DNA of 64,000 bases from an uncultured virus (IMG/VR IMGVR_UViG_3300031133_000403) (taxonomy: Duplodnaviria > Heunggongvirae > Uroviricota > Caudoviricetes), in the IMG/VR virus record IMGVR_UViG_3300031133_000403, one strand, 5' to 3'. A program made the translations under genes and the position numbers. The notes under the pieces are model-generated. The model saw only the letters and a list, made by a program, of their open reading frames with translations. It was not told the DNA's origin and did no database searches. Shown piece after piece: positions 10,226 through 20,278 of this stretch. The stretch's first letter is position 1; each line of letters starts with the position of its first letter.

Positions 10226-10558
10226 TCATCGTATTTCCGCGGAGTCCCGTTGTTTCAGGATGGAGTCCACCTTCATGGACGCCGATCGCCGTTCCTTCGA
10301 TCTGATCCACTCGACCGCCAGCATCGTCGCCGCGTAGAGGATCGTGCACGAGATCGTCACCGGCAGCGCCGCGCACAGCGAGACGGTCAGAAGGACGAGG
10401 GGAGCCAGGGCCAATCCGGGAAGGTCCATGGATGGTGCGGCGAGCAGGAGGACGACGGGCAGGGCGACCAGCGCAGCCCCCGCCGCCACCGGCCACAGCG
10501 GCAGACGGTCGTCGCCGGACGCCGTGCGGCAGATGGGCCTGGCCTCGTTCCACGTCAT
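10226..10558 (-). CDS. Small membrane protein
   Basis: Hydrophobic segments. Confidence 0.5.
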   Translation of the reverse strand: MTWNEARPICRTASGDDRLPLWPVAAGAALVALPVVLLLAAPSMDLPGLALAPLVLLTVSLCAALPVTISCTILYAATMLAVEWIRSKERRSASMKVDSILKQRDSAEIR

Positions 10559-10706
10559 GCCGCGGCCCCCGTCGTCATCTCGTCGTCCCCCGGCCGGTCG
10601 CAGGCGCCCCTTGCGTCTTTGAGGATGGATAGCAGTCGTCGCCCCGGTCGGCAATCCCGTCGTCTCGTCCTCCGCCTCGTGCCTCCCAGGAAAACGACGT
10701 GAAGGA

Positions 10707-11387
10707 TCACGCCGCCAGAGCGACGTGATCCCTGTTGCTGCTGTCGACGTTCCGCACCTCGGCGCGGTCGTGCATCGTCCAGGCGTAGTCGAACAGGTGG
10801 TTGTGGCTGTTCATCTTCAGATTGAAGCGGTGGCGCGAGACCGAGATCTTGACGAAGGTGCGCATGCCCGACTGGATGTCGGGATTGACACGGTGCACGA
10901 TGCTCTCGTCGAGGCGCAGCAGATGGCCGTCGGGATAGACGACGATCCGCGTCGGATCGATCTGCGCCTCCATCGCCTGCATCGAGGCGAAGTCGTCGTC
11001 GGGGACGTCGTGGAACGGCTGCACCGCGAACTGCGTCGGGTTCATATCGTGCCAGATGTAGTTGAGATCGCCGCCCGAGCCGTAGCCGTCCGCGTGCCAG
11101 CCCGGCCGGTTGCCCGAGAAGCCGGGCTCGACCCACAGCGTCTTGGCGGTCAGGTAGACGTAGTGCTGGTCGAGATCGAGCGTCCGTGCGGCGTCCGTCA
11201 TGGCGCCCTCCACCAGTGCGTCGAGGAACCGCAGACGCTCCGGAACCCGCGTGCCGTGGTGCCCAGCGCCCTCGCTCCGCGCCATTCTGATCGGCAGGTA
11301 CAGATAGACCAGCATCTCGGTCGGGTCGAGCGGCATGTGGCCAAGGTCGGCGGGTGCGCCGCCATATGGGATGGTCGAGATGCGCAT
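10707..11387 (-). CDS. Putative 2OG-Fe(II) oxygenase-like protein
   Basis: GWHADG (HxD), distal VHR, then RTFVK: typical spacing of Fe/2OG ligands. Confidence 0.6.
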   Translation of the reverse strand: MRISTIPYGGAPADLGHMPLDPTEMLVYLYLPIRMARSEGAGHHGTRVPERLRFLDALVEGAMTDAARTLDLDQHYVYLTAKTLWVEPGFSGNRPGWHADGYGSGGDLNYIWHDMNPTQFAVQPFHDVPDDDFASMQAMEAQIDPTRIVVYPDGHLLRLDESIVHRVNPDIQSGMRTFVKISVSRHRFNLKMNSHNHLFDYAWTMHDRAEVRNVDSSNRDHVALAA

Positions 11388-11427
11388 GGCGTTTTCCTCT
11401 CCGTGGGATCGATTCACGTCCCTTCCG

Positions 11428-12420
11428 TCACCCCGCGGTCTCCAATCGGCCGATGGCGGCCTCCACCGCCTGTTCGGCTTCCACCTGCGAGAGCGGCACC
11501 AGATGCGGCTCGTAGTCGATCGCGACGCCGTCCGGCCAGGGTTTGACCCTGGTCATTCTCGGATCGTGATGGTCGAACGGCAGATTGGCCATCGCCGACA
11601 CGGGACGTCCCACCAGCGACAACGCCACGGTTTCCGGGATCGTCGCGTCCATCACCGCGAGGCAGTCCGTCAGGTGCTGCACGCGGCCCCGCGCCGCATT
11701 GCATCTGATCACGCCGTCCTGGCAGCTGAGTTCGACGACGCCGTTGTCGGCCGAGGTCCGCAGATCGCTTCTGACGGGTCTGCCGTCCACCATGACGATC
11801 CTCTCCGGATCGCTGGTGGCGCCGAGCACGGTCGCCTTCGGTCCGATGACCGCACGCACGTGCGCGGCCGTCACGCCGTGGGAGGCGAGCACCGCCATCG
11901 TCATCCGGTCCACGAGGGGATCCGGATGCATCATGATTCCGATCCTGCCGCTATGCGACTGCCTGAACGTCATCGCCGAACCCACCGGGAATGCGGCGGC
12001 GACCGCGGCGTTCATCGCCCCGAACGGCGTCTGTCCGTCCCCCGACACGTCGAAGACGCCGGGGCCGCCCGGAAGGGCCAGCGTCACCGTGCCGGGACCG
12101 TGGCCGAGCACCTCGAGGGTCCGCCATTCCGAGGAATCCGGAACGTACGCCCCCATCACCACCTCCTCCAGTCGCATCCGGCCGCGGACGGTGTCGCAAT
12201 AGGGGCCGTCCTCGTCGATCTCCACGACGCCCGTCTCGTTGAGCACCGTCTCGTTGATCGCCGTCTTGACGTCGTTGTCCGTCATTCCCTCGGGGTGCGA
12301 CGTCACGACGTACCTCTCGGGTGAGGCGTCGGCGTCCATGTCCACCGCCACGACGACCCGCTCGCGCGAGACGTGCGCGACCTCGATGGTGAGCGGGAAG
12401 TACTTGGGATCGTGCATCAT
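11428..12420 (-). CDS. PET-GR motif family protein
   Basis: IPETVALSLVGRPVSAMANLP. Confidence 0.75.
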   Translation of the reverse strand: MMHDPKYFPLTIEVAHVSRERVVVAVDMDADASPERYVVTSHPEGMTDNDVKTAINETVLNETGVVEIDEDGPYCDTVRGRMRLEEVVMGAYVPDSSEWRTLEVLGHGPGTVTLALPGGPGVFDVSGDGQTPFGAMNAAVAAAFPVGSAMTFRQSHSGRIGIMMHPDPLVDRMTMAVLASHGVTAAHVRAVIGPKATVLGATSDPERIVMVDGRPVRSDLRTSADNGVVELSCQDGVIRCNAARGRVQHLTDCLAVMDATIPETVALSLVGRPVSAMANLPFDHHDPRMTRVKPWPDGVAIDYEPHLVPLSQVEAEQAVEAAIGRLETAG

Positions 12421-12445
12421 GCGCCGTCCTCCTCGTTGCGTGTGG

Positions 12446-13420
12446 TCAATCGTTCAGACCGGACAGCCACGACCCCATCATCCTGTTGCCCGTCGTCGTG
12501 CCGCGGAACAGGTGATCTAGGTCGTCGCGCTCCTCGAGCATCGCGATCGCATCCTCGTGGTCCCTGGCCTCCTTGCGCTCGACCGTGGCGATGAAGGCGT
12601 CGTCGTCGCCGTGCGAGTCGTACGGAATGCCGACGTTGGCGTACACGCGTCCGCTCTTCGTCGTCGACACGAAGCCGATCACCGCGTCGACCAGATGTCC
12701 GTGCCTGTACGCGTGCATCACCGGATCCGAGGGATCGATGCGCCGGAGATCCGTTCCGTCCTCTCGCTTCCACTTGGCCGTGGCGGCGTCGAACGTGGCG
12801 GTGCGCTCGTCGCCGTCGCGGTGGAACCTGACCGTCGTGCCGTCCGCGATCAGCATGCCGTCGAGGGCCAGCAGGGCGCGGTAGGCCTTGCCGAAGGTCG
12901 TGGCGTCCTTCAGACGTCGCGGCTCGTCGTCGCCGGGGCACGTCGCATCGGTGACCACGGGGCTTGGGCCCGGGGTCACGCCCTCGGTGCCGTACCGCAG
13001 CATGAACAGGTCGTCCTGCACGCGCGTCTCTATCAGGGGGTGGCGTCGCACGTAGGCCGTGAAGGTCCCGACCTCCCCCGCCGCCGCCATCGCCTCCTTC
13101 ACGCCCAGTCCGATCGCCACCGGAGCCACGTCGGAAAGGTTGTACCACCCCTCCTCGATGAAGCGGTGCTCCGCGACCAGCCGCAGGGACTCCGAGAGGA
13201 TCTCGTCCATGCCGAGCCTGAGGGGCTCCAGCGGCGTGGACGACGCCACGCGGTCCCCCTGCCGCACGAGGCCGTCGGGCAGATCGTCGAGGCGGTGGCG
13301 TTCGACCCGGCGGTCGATGATGTTCCATGCGCTCATCATTCTGCCGATGGGCGCGGTCCCGTCGTCCTCGACGGCCAGCCTGAACGCCGTGGCGGCGCTG
13401 GTCGACAATGGTATGGTCAT
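12446..13420 (-). CDS. Hypothetical protein
   Basis: AGGAG RBS; long ORF with protein-like composition. Confidence 0.7.
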   Translation of the reverse strand: MTIPLSTSAATAFRLAVEDDGTAPIGRMMSAWNIIDRRVERHRLDDLPDGLVRQGDRVASSTPLEPLRLGMDEILSESLRLVAEHRFIEEGWYNLSDVAPVAIGLGVKEAMAAAGEVGTFTAYVRRHPLIETRVQDDLFMLRYGTEGVTPGPSPVVTDATCPGDDEPRRLKDATTFGKAYRALLALDGMLIADGTTVRFHRDGDERTATFDAATAKWKREDGTDLRRIDPSDPVMHAYRHGHLVDAVIGFVSTTKSGRVYANVGIPYDSHGDDDAFIATVERKEARDHEDAIAMLEERDDLDHLFRGTTTGNRMMGSWLSGLND

Positions 13421-13500
13421 GATGATCTCCTGGTCGGGCGTGTGCGGGCGTGCACGGTTCACGCCCGCCGTCGGGGTTTTCCCCTGTCAGCCCCTGGGCG

Positions 13501-13965
13501 TCATCCAGCTCTTCCGTTGAACTCCATGGACAGCGTCCTGCCGGTCGTCGCGTCGATCTCGATGCCGAAGAACGTCCGTCCGCCGTCGCACACCACGGTC
13601 GCGTGCGGCGAGGCGGTCTTCTGCCCCTCCTGCAGCGACAGGGGATAGTAGTTGCCGTAGACCGTGCGCTCGCGACCCCGGACGATGCCGACGACCTCGA
13701 CCGCGTACTTCCGACGCACCTGGGCGACGGTCCGCAGACCCGTGCCTCGACCCCTTCGCGGCGCGATCGTCGCCGCGCGGTCCAGCATCGCGATCTGCGC
13801 CGCGGTCGGCTTGAACCGGCCCGTTCCCTTGAGGGGTGATGGGCGCGAGCACTGCTGCAGCGCCTCGGCCGCCGCCGTGCCCGTCAGGATCGTCACCCGC
13901 CGCGGCACGGCGGCATGCGCCGTGGTCGCCATCGCCATGCCGATCAGCATCGTCGCGATCTTCAC
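13501..13965 (-). CDS. Secreted hypothetical protein
   Basis: [18 protein letters not shown] signal peptide; GTGA overlap with dcd. Confidence 0.7.
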   Translation of the reverse strand: MKIATMLIGMAMATTAHAAVPRRVTILTGTAAAEALQQCSRPSPLKGTGRFKPTAAQIAMLDRAATIAPRRGRGTGLRTVAQVRRKYAVEVVGIVRGRERTVYGNYYPLSLQEGQKTASPHATVVCDGGRTFFGIEIDATTGRTLSMEFNGRAG

Positions 13966-14525
13966 AGTTTAGGCACCGTCACGCCACGTTGCCCCATGTA
14001 TTTGCCGCCGCGATCCGCATAGCTCGTCTCGCAGGCGCGGTCACCGCGAAGGAAAAGGAATTGACATGCTCCTTCGTTTGCGTAGATCTTGGCGGGCAGC
14101 GGAGTTGTGTTGGAGAACTCCAGCGTGACGTGACCTTCCCATTCCGGTTCGAGAGGGGTTACGTTCACGATGATGCCGCATCGTGCGTAAGTTGACTTAC
14201 CCAGGCAGATGGTAAGGACATCGCGCGGAATCTTGAAGTATTCGACAGTTCTCGCAAGTGCGAAAGAATTCGGTGGAATGATGCAGACGTCCGTCTTTCG
14301 ATCGACGAACGTGTTCGCCGTGAAGTCCTTTGGATCGACGATCGCGCTGTCTACGTTGGTGAAGATCTTGAATTCGTCGCTCACGCGCGCATCGTAGCCG
14401 TAGCTCGACAGCCCGTAGCTGATGCAGCCCTCGCGGCGCTGGGCTTCGACGAAGGGTTCGATCATGTCGTGGTTGCGTGCGAGATCGCGGATCGTGATGT
14501 CCGACAGGATGCCTGGAAGGTTCAT
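13962..14525 (-). CDS. dcd: dCTP deaminase
   Basis: [34 protein letters not shown] motifs. Confidence 0.97.
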   Translation of the reverse strand: MNLPGILSDITIRDLARNHDMIEPFVEAQRREGCISYGLSSYGYDARVSDEFKIFTNVDSAIVDPKDFTANTFVDRKTDVCIIPPNSFALARTVEYFKIPRDVLTICLGKSTYARCGIIVNVTPLEPEWEGHVTLEFSNTTPLPAKIYANEGACQFLFLRGDRACETSYADRGGKYMGQRGVTVPKL

Positions 14526-14597
14526 GTTCGTCCTCTTGGTGCGTTGTTTGGGCATTATGCGCCTGGTGATGGCGCGGTGGTAGTGTCGCCGGCAGGT

Positions 14598-15428
14598 CTA
14601 GTCGTCCACGGCCTTGGCCTCCCCGGTTTCCTCGGTCTCCTCCGCCGCGATGACCCAGGGCATGGTCGCCCGGCGCAGGTCGATCGCGGTCGTGGCTTCG
14701 CTCAGGGGGATGCGGTCGCTCTCCACCTCGAAGCAGGTCCTCGTCGAGTGCTGGTCGCTCGAGTCCCATGCCTTGGCTATGACCAGATCCGACGATGCGA
14801 GCGCCGGCACGTCGATGACGTCCTCGAGAAGGCGACCGGTCACGCCCTGCAGCATCGACAGCGGCAGTTTGATCGCCACCCGGGGCGTGAAGGTCACGTC
14901 GGTGAAGCGGAAACCGCGGCAGCGCAGCCGAACGGCGGGCGTCCGGTCGGCGCGCGGCTGCAGCGTCAGGCCCGACATGATCATCTGCGCACCCCGGCCG
15001 ATCGTGATCTGCGGATGGTTCTTCCTGACGATGGCGGTGCTGCCGCTGACGAAGTTCCGCACTGCGGCCTTGAACTCGCGCCCCTCCATGCGCGTCGCGG
15101 CCAGCACGGCGCCCGCCCGTTCTATCATGATCTCCTCGGCGGACCTCGTCGCCGCATCCGCGAACAGCGCCTGCTGATCGGGCATCGCGTACCACGAATG
15201 GTAGCATTCCGCCCGGAACGCGGGCGAACTGGTCCGGTCGGCGTTCATCTGGCAGAGCGTCTCGTGGTCCTCGTGGCGCACGTCGAGACGCAACTGGTTG
15301 CGGTGCAGGAGATTGCCCGTGACGCTGGCGACCTTGAAGTCCGACGGGATCGCGGCCGCGAAGGCGGTCGTCCACTCCTCCACCCATGCCGAACCGGCGG
15401 CCTGTGGTGGTATGATGATCTCGGTCAT
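14598..15428 (-). CDS. PET-GR motif family protein
   Basis: LPLSMLQGVTGRLLEDVIDVP. Confidence 0.75.
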   Translation of the reverse strand: MTEIIIPPQAAGSAWVEEWTTAFAAAIPSDFKVASVTGNLLHRNQLRLDVRHEDHETLCQMNADRTSSPAFRAECYHSWYAMPDQQALFADAATRSAEEIMIERAGAVLAATRMEGREFKAAVRNFVSGSTAIVRKNHPQITIGRGAQMIMSGLTLQPRADRTPAVRLRCRGFRFTDVTFTPRVAIKLPLSMLQGVTGRLLEDVIDVPALASSDLVIAKAWDSSDQHSTRTCFEVESDRIPLSEATTAIDLRRATMPWVIAAEETEETGEAKAVDD

Positions 15429-16402
15429 GCGGCCATTTCCTCCATGATCCCCATTTCGGCAACCCTCACGTCGCCCGACACGATGTACCGCGCGTCGGCG
15501 CCCGTCGTGCCGCCGGTGCCGTCCATCCTGTGCAGCAGCGGCAGTCCGGGGAGGGCGAAACCCAGAAGCCTGCGCGGCTCGATCGTCGGACCGAAGTCGC
15601 GCCGCGTCGTGACGGCCCATTTGCCGATCGCGAAGCCCATGCCGCCGCCCTGGTCGACCAGATCGGCGAGCACGTGCACCGTGTCGTCCTCGATCCGCAG
15701 ACGCACGCGTCCGATCGGCGTGGCGTCGCTCCAGGTCGTGGCAGTCGATGCGAGATGCTCGGGCAGCCCGCCCGTCGCGAACGTCGACCACGGCATGCCG
15801 CAGTCGAGTTCGTCGCGCGAGCAGGCCTCCTGCAGCCAGGCGACCGCGTGCATCGCCTGCGCGCGCGTCATGGTGCGCAGGACGTGAGCGGCCATCGGAC
15901 CCGCCTTCATGGCACCCACGTCGCGAGGCCTGGTTTCGTCGGGGGCTGGCCGCACGTCGGCGAGGTCCACGGGAACCTGCCTGGTGCGGCAGGTCAGTCT
16001 CACCCGTGCTCCGCTGTTGACCGCGCCATCGATGACCGCGTCCTGGACCATGGTGCCACCCGCCACTTCGTGCAGCCGTCGTCCGACCATCGCCGACAGG
16101 ATGGAATCGGGCATGCGTCCGCACGGCAGCAGGAACGTGCCGTTGCGCCAGCGCGTGTCGTCGTCCAGCCATAGTTCGCAGTTAACGGACTTCCGTTCAG
16201 GCGCCGGCCCGTTGACGCTCAGCACCAGGGCTGCCACCCCGGAGCCGGCGGCGAAGTCCACCGGGTGGAAGACCTGCCCGGTTCCGTCTCCGGTCTCGCG
16301 CGCGGTCGCCACGAAGCGGTCCAGCCTCTCGCGTGCGGACGCCGTCATCAGCCTCAGGAACGGCATCACGGGCGCGTCGATCAGGATGGCGTCTTCGTGC
16401 AT
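15425..16402 (-). CDS. PET-GR motif family protein (subfamily A)
   Basis: FHPVDF...WRNGTFLLPCGRMPDSILSAMVGRRLHEV. Confidence 0.8.
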   Translation of the reverse strand: MHEDAILIDAPVMPFLRLMTASARERLDRFVATARETGDGTGQVFHPVDFAAGSGVAALVLSVNGPAPERKSVNCELWLDDDTRWRNGTFLLPCGRMPDSILSAMVGRRLHEVAGGTMVQDAVIDGAVNSGARVRLTCRTRQVPVDLADVRPAPDETRPRDVGAMKAGPMAAHVLRTMTRAQAMHAVAWLQEACSRDELDCGMPWSTFATGGLPEHLASTATTWSDATPIGRVRLRIEDDTVHVLADLVDQGGGMGFAIGKWAVTTRRDFGPTIEPRRLLGFALPGLPLLHRMDGTGGTTGADARYIVSGDVRVAEMGIMEEMAA

Positions 16403-16440
16403 TGCGACGCTCCTTTTCTGCTTCGCGTTGGATCGCGTGT

Positions 16441-16980
16441 TCAGGCTTGCGGTCGGGCGGGATCGAGTGGGGTCGGGATCGTCGGCAGCTCGACGCCGAA
16501 GCCGGTCCATCGGCCCGTGCTGCCGTTGATGTGCGCCGAACGCACCATCAGGTCGGGATGCTCCAACGCCGGGTGGTCGACGACGTCCCGGACATGTCGT
16601 CCGGCCAGCGCCTCGATGACGGAGTGCGGCGGCACCGTGCCCCTCATCGTCAGGATCGCCGGGAAGTGCACGCGGGTGGATCCGACGTCGTCGCTGCCCA
16701 TGCCCGCATGGCTGTACAGGCGATCGTTCGCCGACTTGTACGTCGCCGCGTCGCCGATGTGCAGACCCGTCACCCCGATGCGTGTCGCGCCGTCGCGCCG
16801 GTCGTAGTGGAATGCGGGCTGCTCGTGCGGGAACGCCGTCCCGATGTCGACCGCGAGGCGTCCCCTGAGATCCGGTCTGGACTGCTCATCCGCCGCCCTT
16901 GCCACCCGGTGCCGGTCATCATCGGACAGGCAGGCGGCGGCGACCACGTCGATGGTCCAATCTTGTCGGTCTCCGGACAT
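16441..16980 (-). CDS. PET-GR motif family protein
   Basis: PPHSVIEALAGRHVRDVVDHP. Confidence 0.75.
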   Translation of the reverse strand: MSGDRQDWTIDVVAAACLSDDDRHRVARAADEQSRPDLRGRLAVDIGTAFPHEQPAFHYDRRDGATRIGVTGLHIGDAATYKSANDRLYSHAGMGSDDVGSTRVHFPAILTMRGTVPPHSVIEALAGRHVRDVVDHPALEHPDLMVRSAHINGSTGRWTGFGVELPTIPTPLDPARPQA

Positions 16981-17024
16981 TTTCGCTCCCTCGCGTTCTC
17001 GCGTCTTTCCATCCCCCAGTCGGG

Positions 17025-17744
17025 TCACCGCCTTCTCGTGCCGGCGAACGGCGCCTGCACGGCGATCGCCAGCCATCTCATGTCCGTGCCCGGTGGCGGA
17101 TCTCCGACCGTCGTCCACCGCGTCTCGAACAGAAGCTTGCCCCTCAGCGCGGCGAGGATCACGGTGTCGCCCGCCTCGGTCCCGCGCGCGATGCCCGGCA
17201 TGTCGACGACCTCGTGCAGCCGCTTGCCGACCATGGCGGCCAGCATCGTCTCGGGAAGATCCGGTATCGCCATGCTGTCCCTGCCCGCCAGATCCTGCCG
17301 TCCGACGGGTGCCTCTACCATCAGGTCGATCACCCAGTTCGGGATGCCCGCCAGATCCGTCACCGTCAGCTTGTGAGGCGTGTCCATGTGGTTGAACGTG
17401 CGTCTCTGCGCGTTCAGCATGTCGTCCTCGTCGTGCCCGTGCAGGAGCGCGACCGACTTGGCCACCGCGGGCACCACATGCGCCCAGTCGGGAAGGACGC
17501 GTCCGAACTGGCGTCGCTGCAGCGCCTCCGCCACCTCCGTCGCCCAGTGCACGCGGACGTCGCGTTCGATGTTCCTAGTCTCCAGCCAGTCGGCGTATGG
17601 ACCCGGCTTGATGATGGTCGTGCCCCGGCGTTCGTCGATCTGCAGGCGGTCCTCCAGTCGACGGTCGCGGTCGAGCAGCCACGGATCCAGGCCGTGGTCC
17701 TCCAGCATTCCCGCCACGAGCCGACGGATCGATGGTCTAAGCAT
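17025..17744 (-). CDS. PET-GR motif family protein
   Basis: LPETMLAAMVGKRLHEVVDMP. Confidence 0.8.
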   Translation of the reverse strand: MLRPSIRRLVAGMLEDHGLDPWLLDRDRRLEDRLQIDERRGTTIIKPGPYADWLETRNIERDVRVHWATEVAEALQRRQFGRVLPDWAHVVPAVAKSVALLHGHDEDDMLNAQRRTFNHMDTPHKLTVTDLAGIPNWVIDLMVEAPVGRQDLAGRDSMAIPDLPETMLAAMVGKRLHEVVDMPGIARGTEAGDTVILAALRGKLLFETRWTTVGDPPPGTDMRWLAIAVQAPFAGTRRR

Positions 17745-18696
17745 GCCCTGCCTCCTCGTGGTTGGTCGCGTCGTCCTGGTTCTTCGATGCCCGCTCCAGC
17801 CGGTGCAGGATCAGGTCGAACGGCACGATGCGCGCCATGACGTACCGATGCACGTCGTCGACGGACGCGACGCGCCTGATGCGCGTCTCGATGCCGTTGG
17901 CCGCCGGATCGAAGCCGAGCAGGGTCGACGCCTTCGGCCTTGGGCCCAGTGCGGCGGTCGACGTGACGACGGGTCCTTCCACGCGCAGGTGGCCGACGTC
18001 GCCGTCTCCGTCCGTCGTGCACCTGGTATGGATCTCCATGCCGTAGGTCGGTCGGACGAGCACGATCGGCGACTGGGTGTTGCGGGGCGCGAACCCGGCG
18101 ACGTCCCTCCACCGCAGCGTCGTCGGGTACTTCTCGTTCCAGTTGTCACCGCCGAGCCACGCCAGGGCGTGCAGTGCCTGGTTCGCCGGCATGGCGAGCA
18201 GCACGCTGGCCGTGACGGGATCGGTCTTCCGGCCTTCCCATCTGCGGGCAGCCGCACGGACCGCTCCGGTGTCGACTGGTTTGGCTGCAAGTTCGAGCGG
18301 ATCGAAGTCCTCGCGATCGAGGACGCAGTGCAGCCTGACCCCCGCCGTGCCATCGGTCGCGTTTCTGATGATCAGTGCGCTTGCGAGGTGACCGCGCACG
18401 ACGTCCGACACCGTCCTTCCCGACAGCGCGGTTATGGCCGTTTCAGGGAGGCGCTCAGGGATGGTGAGCATGCTGTACCGCCAGTCGGTTCCGTCCGCGA
18501 ACTCGATCTCGCTGTAGGGGTTGCCGGCCGGCATGTTGTTCAGCGTCATCGAGACTATGCCGCTTCCCGGATCGAAGTCCACCGCCTGGAAGGCGATGTC
18601 GGGTTCGTGCCTCGTCTCCATCTGCCGCCTGAGACGTTCCACGGCGTGATCGTTCAGAAGCGCCAGTGCGGCGAGGGTCGTGCGGTCCAGCTTCAT
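17737..18696 (-). CDS. PET-GR motif family protein (subfamily A)
   Basis: FQAVDF...WRYSMLTIPERLPETAITALSGRTVSDVV. Confidence 0.8.
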   Translation of the reverse strand: MKLDRTTLAALALLNDHAVERLRRQMETRHEPDIAFQAVDFDPGSGIVSMTLNNMPAGNPYSEIEFADGTDWRYSMLTIPERLPETAITALSGRTVSDVVRGHLASALIIRNATDGTAGVRLHCVLDREDFDPLELAAKPVDTGAVRAAARRWEGRKTDPVTASVLLAMPANQALHALAWLGGDNWNEKYPTTLRWRDVAGFAPRNTQSPIVLVRPTYGMEIHTRCTTDGDGDVGHLRVEGPVVTSTAALGPRPKASTLLGFDPAANGIETRIRRVASVDDVHRYVMARIVPFDLILHRLERASKNQDDATNHEEAGHA

Positions 18697-18746
18697 CGCA
18701 CGACTCCTCTCATGTGCGTCCGGAGCGTCTGCGCGCTCCGGTTGGT

Positions 18747-19211
18747 TCAGGCGAGCATCGCCTTGACGCGCGCGCTCGTGGTCTTGGCGTCGAACTTGCC
18801 CTTGAAGCCCTCGTTGAGATGCTTCATCACCGCGCCCATCGCCTTGGGGCCGCGCTCGAGGCCCTCGAGCGCCTTCTCGATCTCGGCATCGACCTCTGCA
18901 TCGCTCATCTGCGAGGGCAGGTACGCGTTCACGATCGAGAGTTCGTAGTCCTGTTCGTCGGTCGCACGATCGAGCTTCACGAGCGCGTCGCGCATCTCGA
19001 CCACTTCCTTGCGGTAGCGGTTCACGCCGTCGATGACGTCGTTGCGGCCGTCCTTGACGTCGGGGCCGTCCTCGCGGATCGCGCGGTTGCCGTCGTCCTT
19101 GGCGAGCAGCTGGATCTTGCTCATCAGCAGCGTGAGCACCTTCAGCCGGCGGGCGTCGCGCTCGCGCCGCGCCACGTTGATGTCGTTCTCGATCTTGGGA
19201 AGCATGGTCAT
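18747..19211 (-). CDS. GatB/YqeY domain protein
   Basis: ELSIVNAYLPSQMSDAEV...KAMGAVMK...VKAML is typical of YqeY. Confidence 0.85.
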   Translation of the reverse strand: MTMLPKIENDINVARRERDARRLKVLTLLMSKIQLLAKDDGNRAIREDGPDVKDGRNDVIDGVNRYRKEVVEMRDALVKLDRATDEQDYELSIVNAYLPSQMSDAEVDAEIEKALEGLERGPKAMGAVMKHLNEGFKGKFDAKTTSARVKAMLA

Positions 19212-19247
19212 CGTGTTCGTCCTCGTGTCATGGTTTTTCGGATTCGT

Positions 19248-20261
19248 TCAGGCGGCCGGCGTCAGCGCTTCGCCGATGGTGCGCACCGGCAGGAGGTCCC
19301 GGCTCGTGAGCGACCCGTACACCCACTTGGTCTTGGTCGCGAAGGAGATGCCCGGCACGTCGAAGCCGAGACGCTCCAGGCATCCGGCATCCGCCGGAAT
19401 CCCCCCTTCGCCCTCGTATCCGTGCGTCATGCCGTTCTCGATGAACGCCGCCAGATCCGCACCGCCGATCTTCTCGGCCGGAACGACGGCGTACGCGTCG
19501 ATCTGGTATCCCGCCTTGCTTCGCTTGAGATGCAGGATGTCCGGCTGGACGTTCGGATCGTCTTTCGTGCCAGTGCCCTTGAACCGCGCCGGCGCGTCCT
19601 TCGACAGGACCTCCGAATACTTCAGCGGCAACCGCACCAGGAGCCCCGAGCGGGCCTGTTCGGCGCACCGCACGATCGCGATGAGCGCCTCGCGCCGAGG
19701 CAGAAGGCCGAGGATGTGCGCCGCGACCGGGTCGACGCGCTCTTCCACGTGAGCGGATGCCAGCCGTTCGAGGTCCTCCAGGCTGCGCATGGGCGCCGCC
19801 TCGACGTCGACCGCGATCTCGGCGACCTTCTCGGCCGTGCAGCGGATACGCAGACTGCCGTCCGCACCGGTGCCGTCCTGGACCGCTCCGTTGACCTCGA
19901 AGCCGGTGAAGGGCGGATTTCCGACGATCTCCTCGATCAGCCTGCCCTTGACGGACTCGCGCAGCGTGTCCGGCAGCTCGACGCCCGGGATGCGCAGCTG
20001 CCCCCGCCGCCAGATCGCGCCGTTGGCGAGCTTCACCGTCGACAGGATCTTGCGGTCGCGCCCGATCTTCCGATCGAGCTTCATCTCCGTCACGTCCGGT
20101 CGGCCGACGAAGTCGACGGCCGTGAACGTGATGGCGGCGCTGGGGTTGTTCGTGCGCAGCGCGTCGCATTCCTCGAGGAACGCGGCCAGCCGGATGGCTG
20201 CCGACCTGTCGAGGAACGTGATCAGCTGGAGCGTGCCCAGATCGGTCAGGAAGGGTTCCAT
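19248..20261 (-). CDS. PET-GR motif family protein (subfamily A)
   Basis: FTAVDF...WRRGQLRIPGVELPDTLRESVKGRLIEEIVGNP. Confidence 0.8.
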   Translation of the reverse strand: MEPFLTDLGTLQLITFLDRSAAIRLAAFLEECDALRTNNPSAAITFTAVDFVGRPDVTEMKLDRKIGRDRKILSTVKLANGAIWRRGQLRIPGVELPDTLRESVKGRLIEEIVGNPPFTGFEVNGAVQDGTGADGSLRIRCTAEKVAEIAVDVEAAPMRSLEDLERLASAHVEERVDPVAAHILGLLPRREALIAIVRCAEQARSGLLVRLPLKYSEVLSKDAPARFKGTGTKDDPNVQPDILHLKRSKAGYQIDAYAVVPAEKIGGADLAAFIENGMTHGYEGEGGIPADAGCLERLGFDVPGISFATKTKWVYGSLTSRDLLPVRTIGEALTPAA

Positions 20262-20278
20262 GGTCGTCTTCTCCTGGT

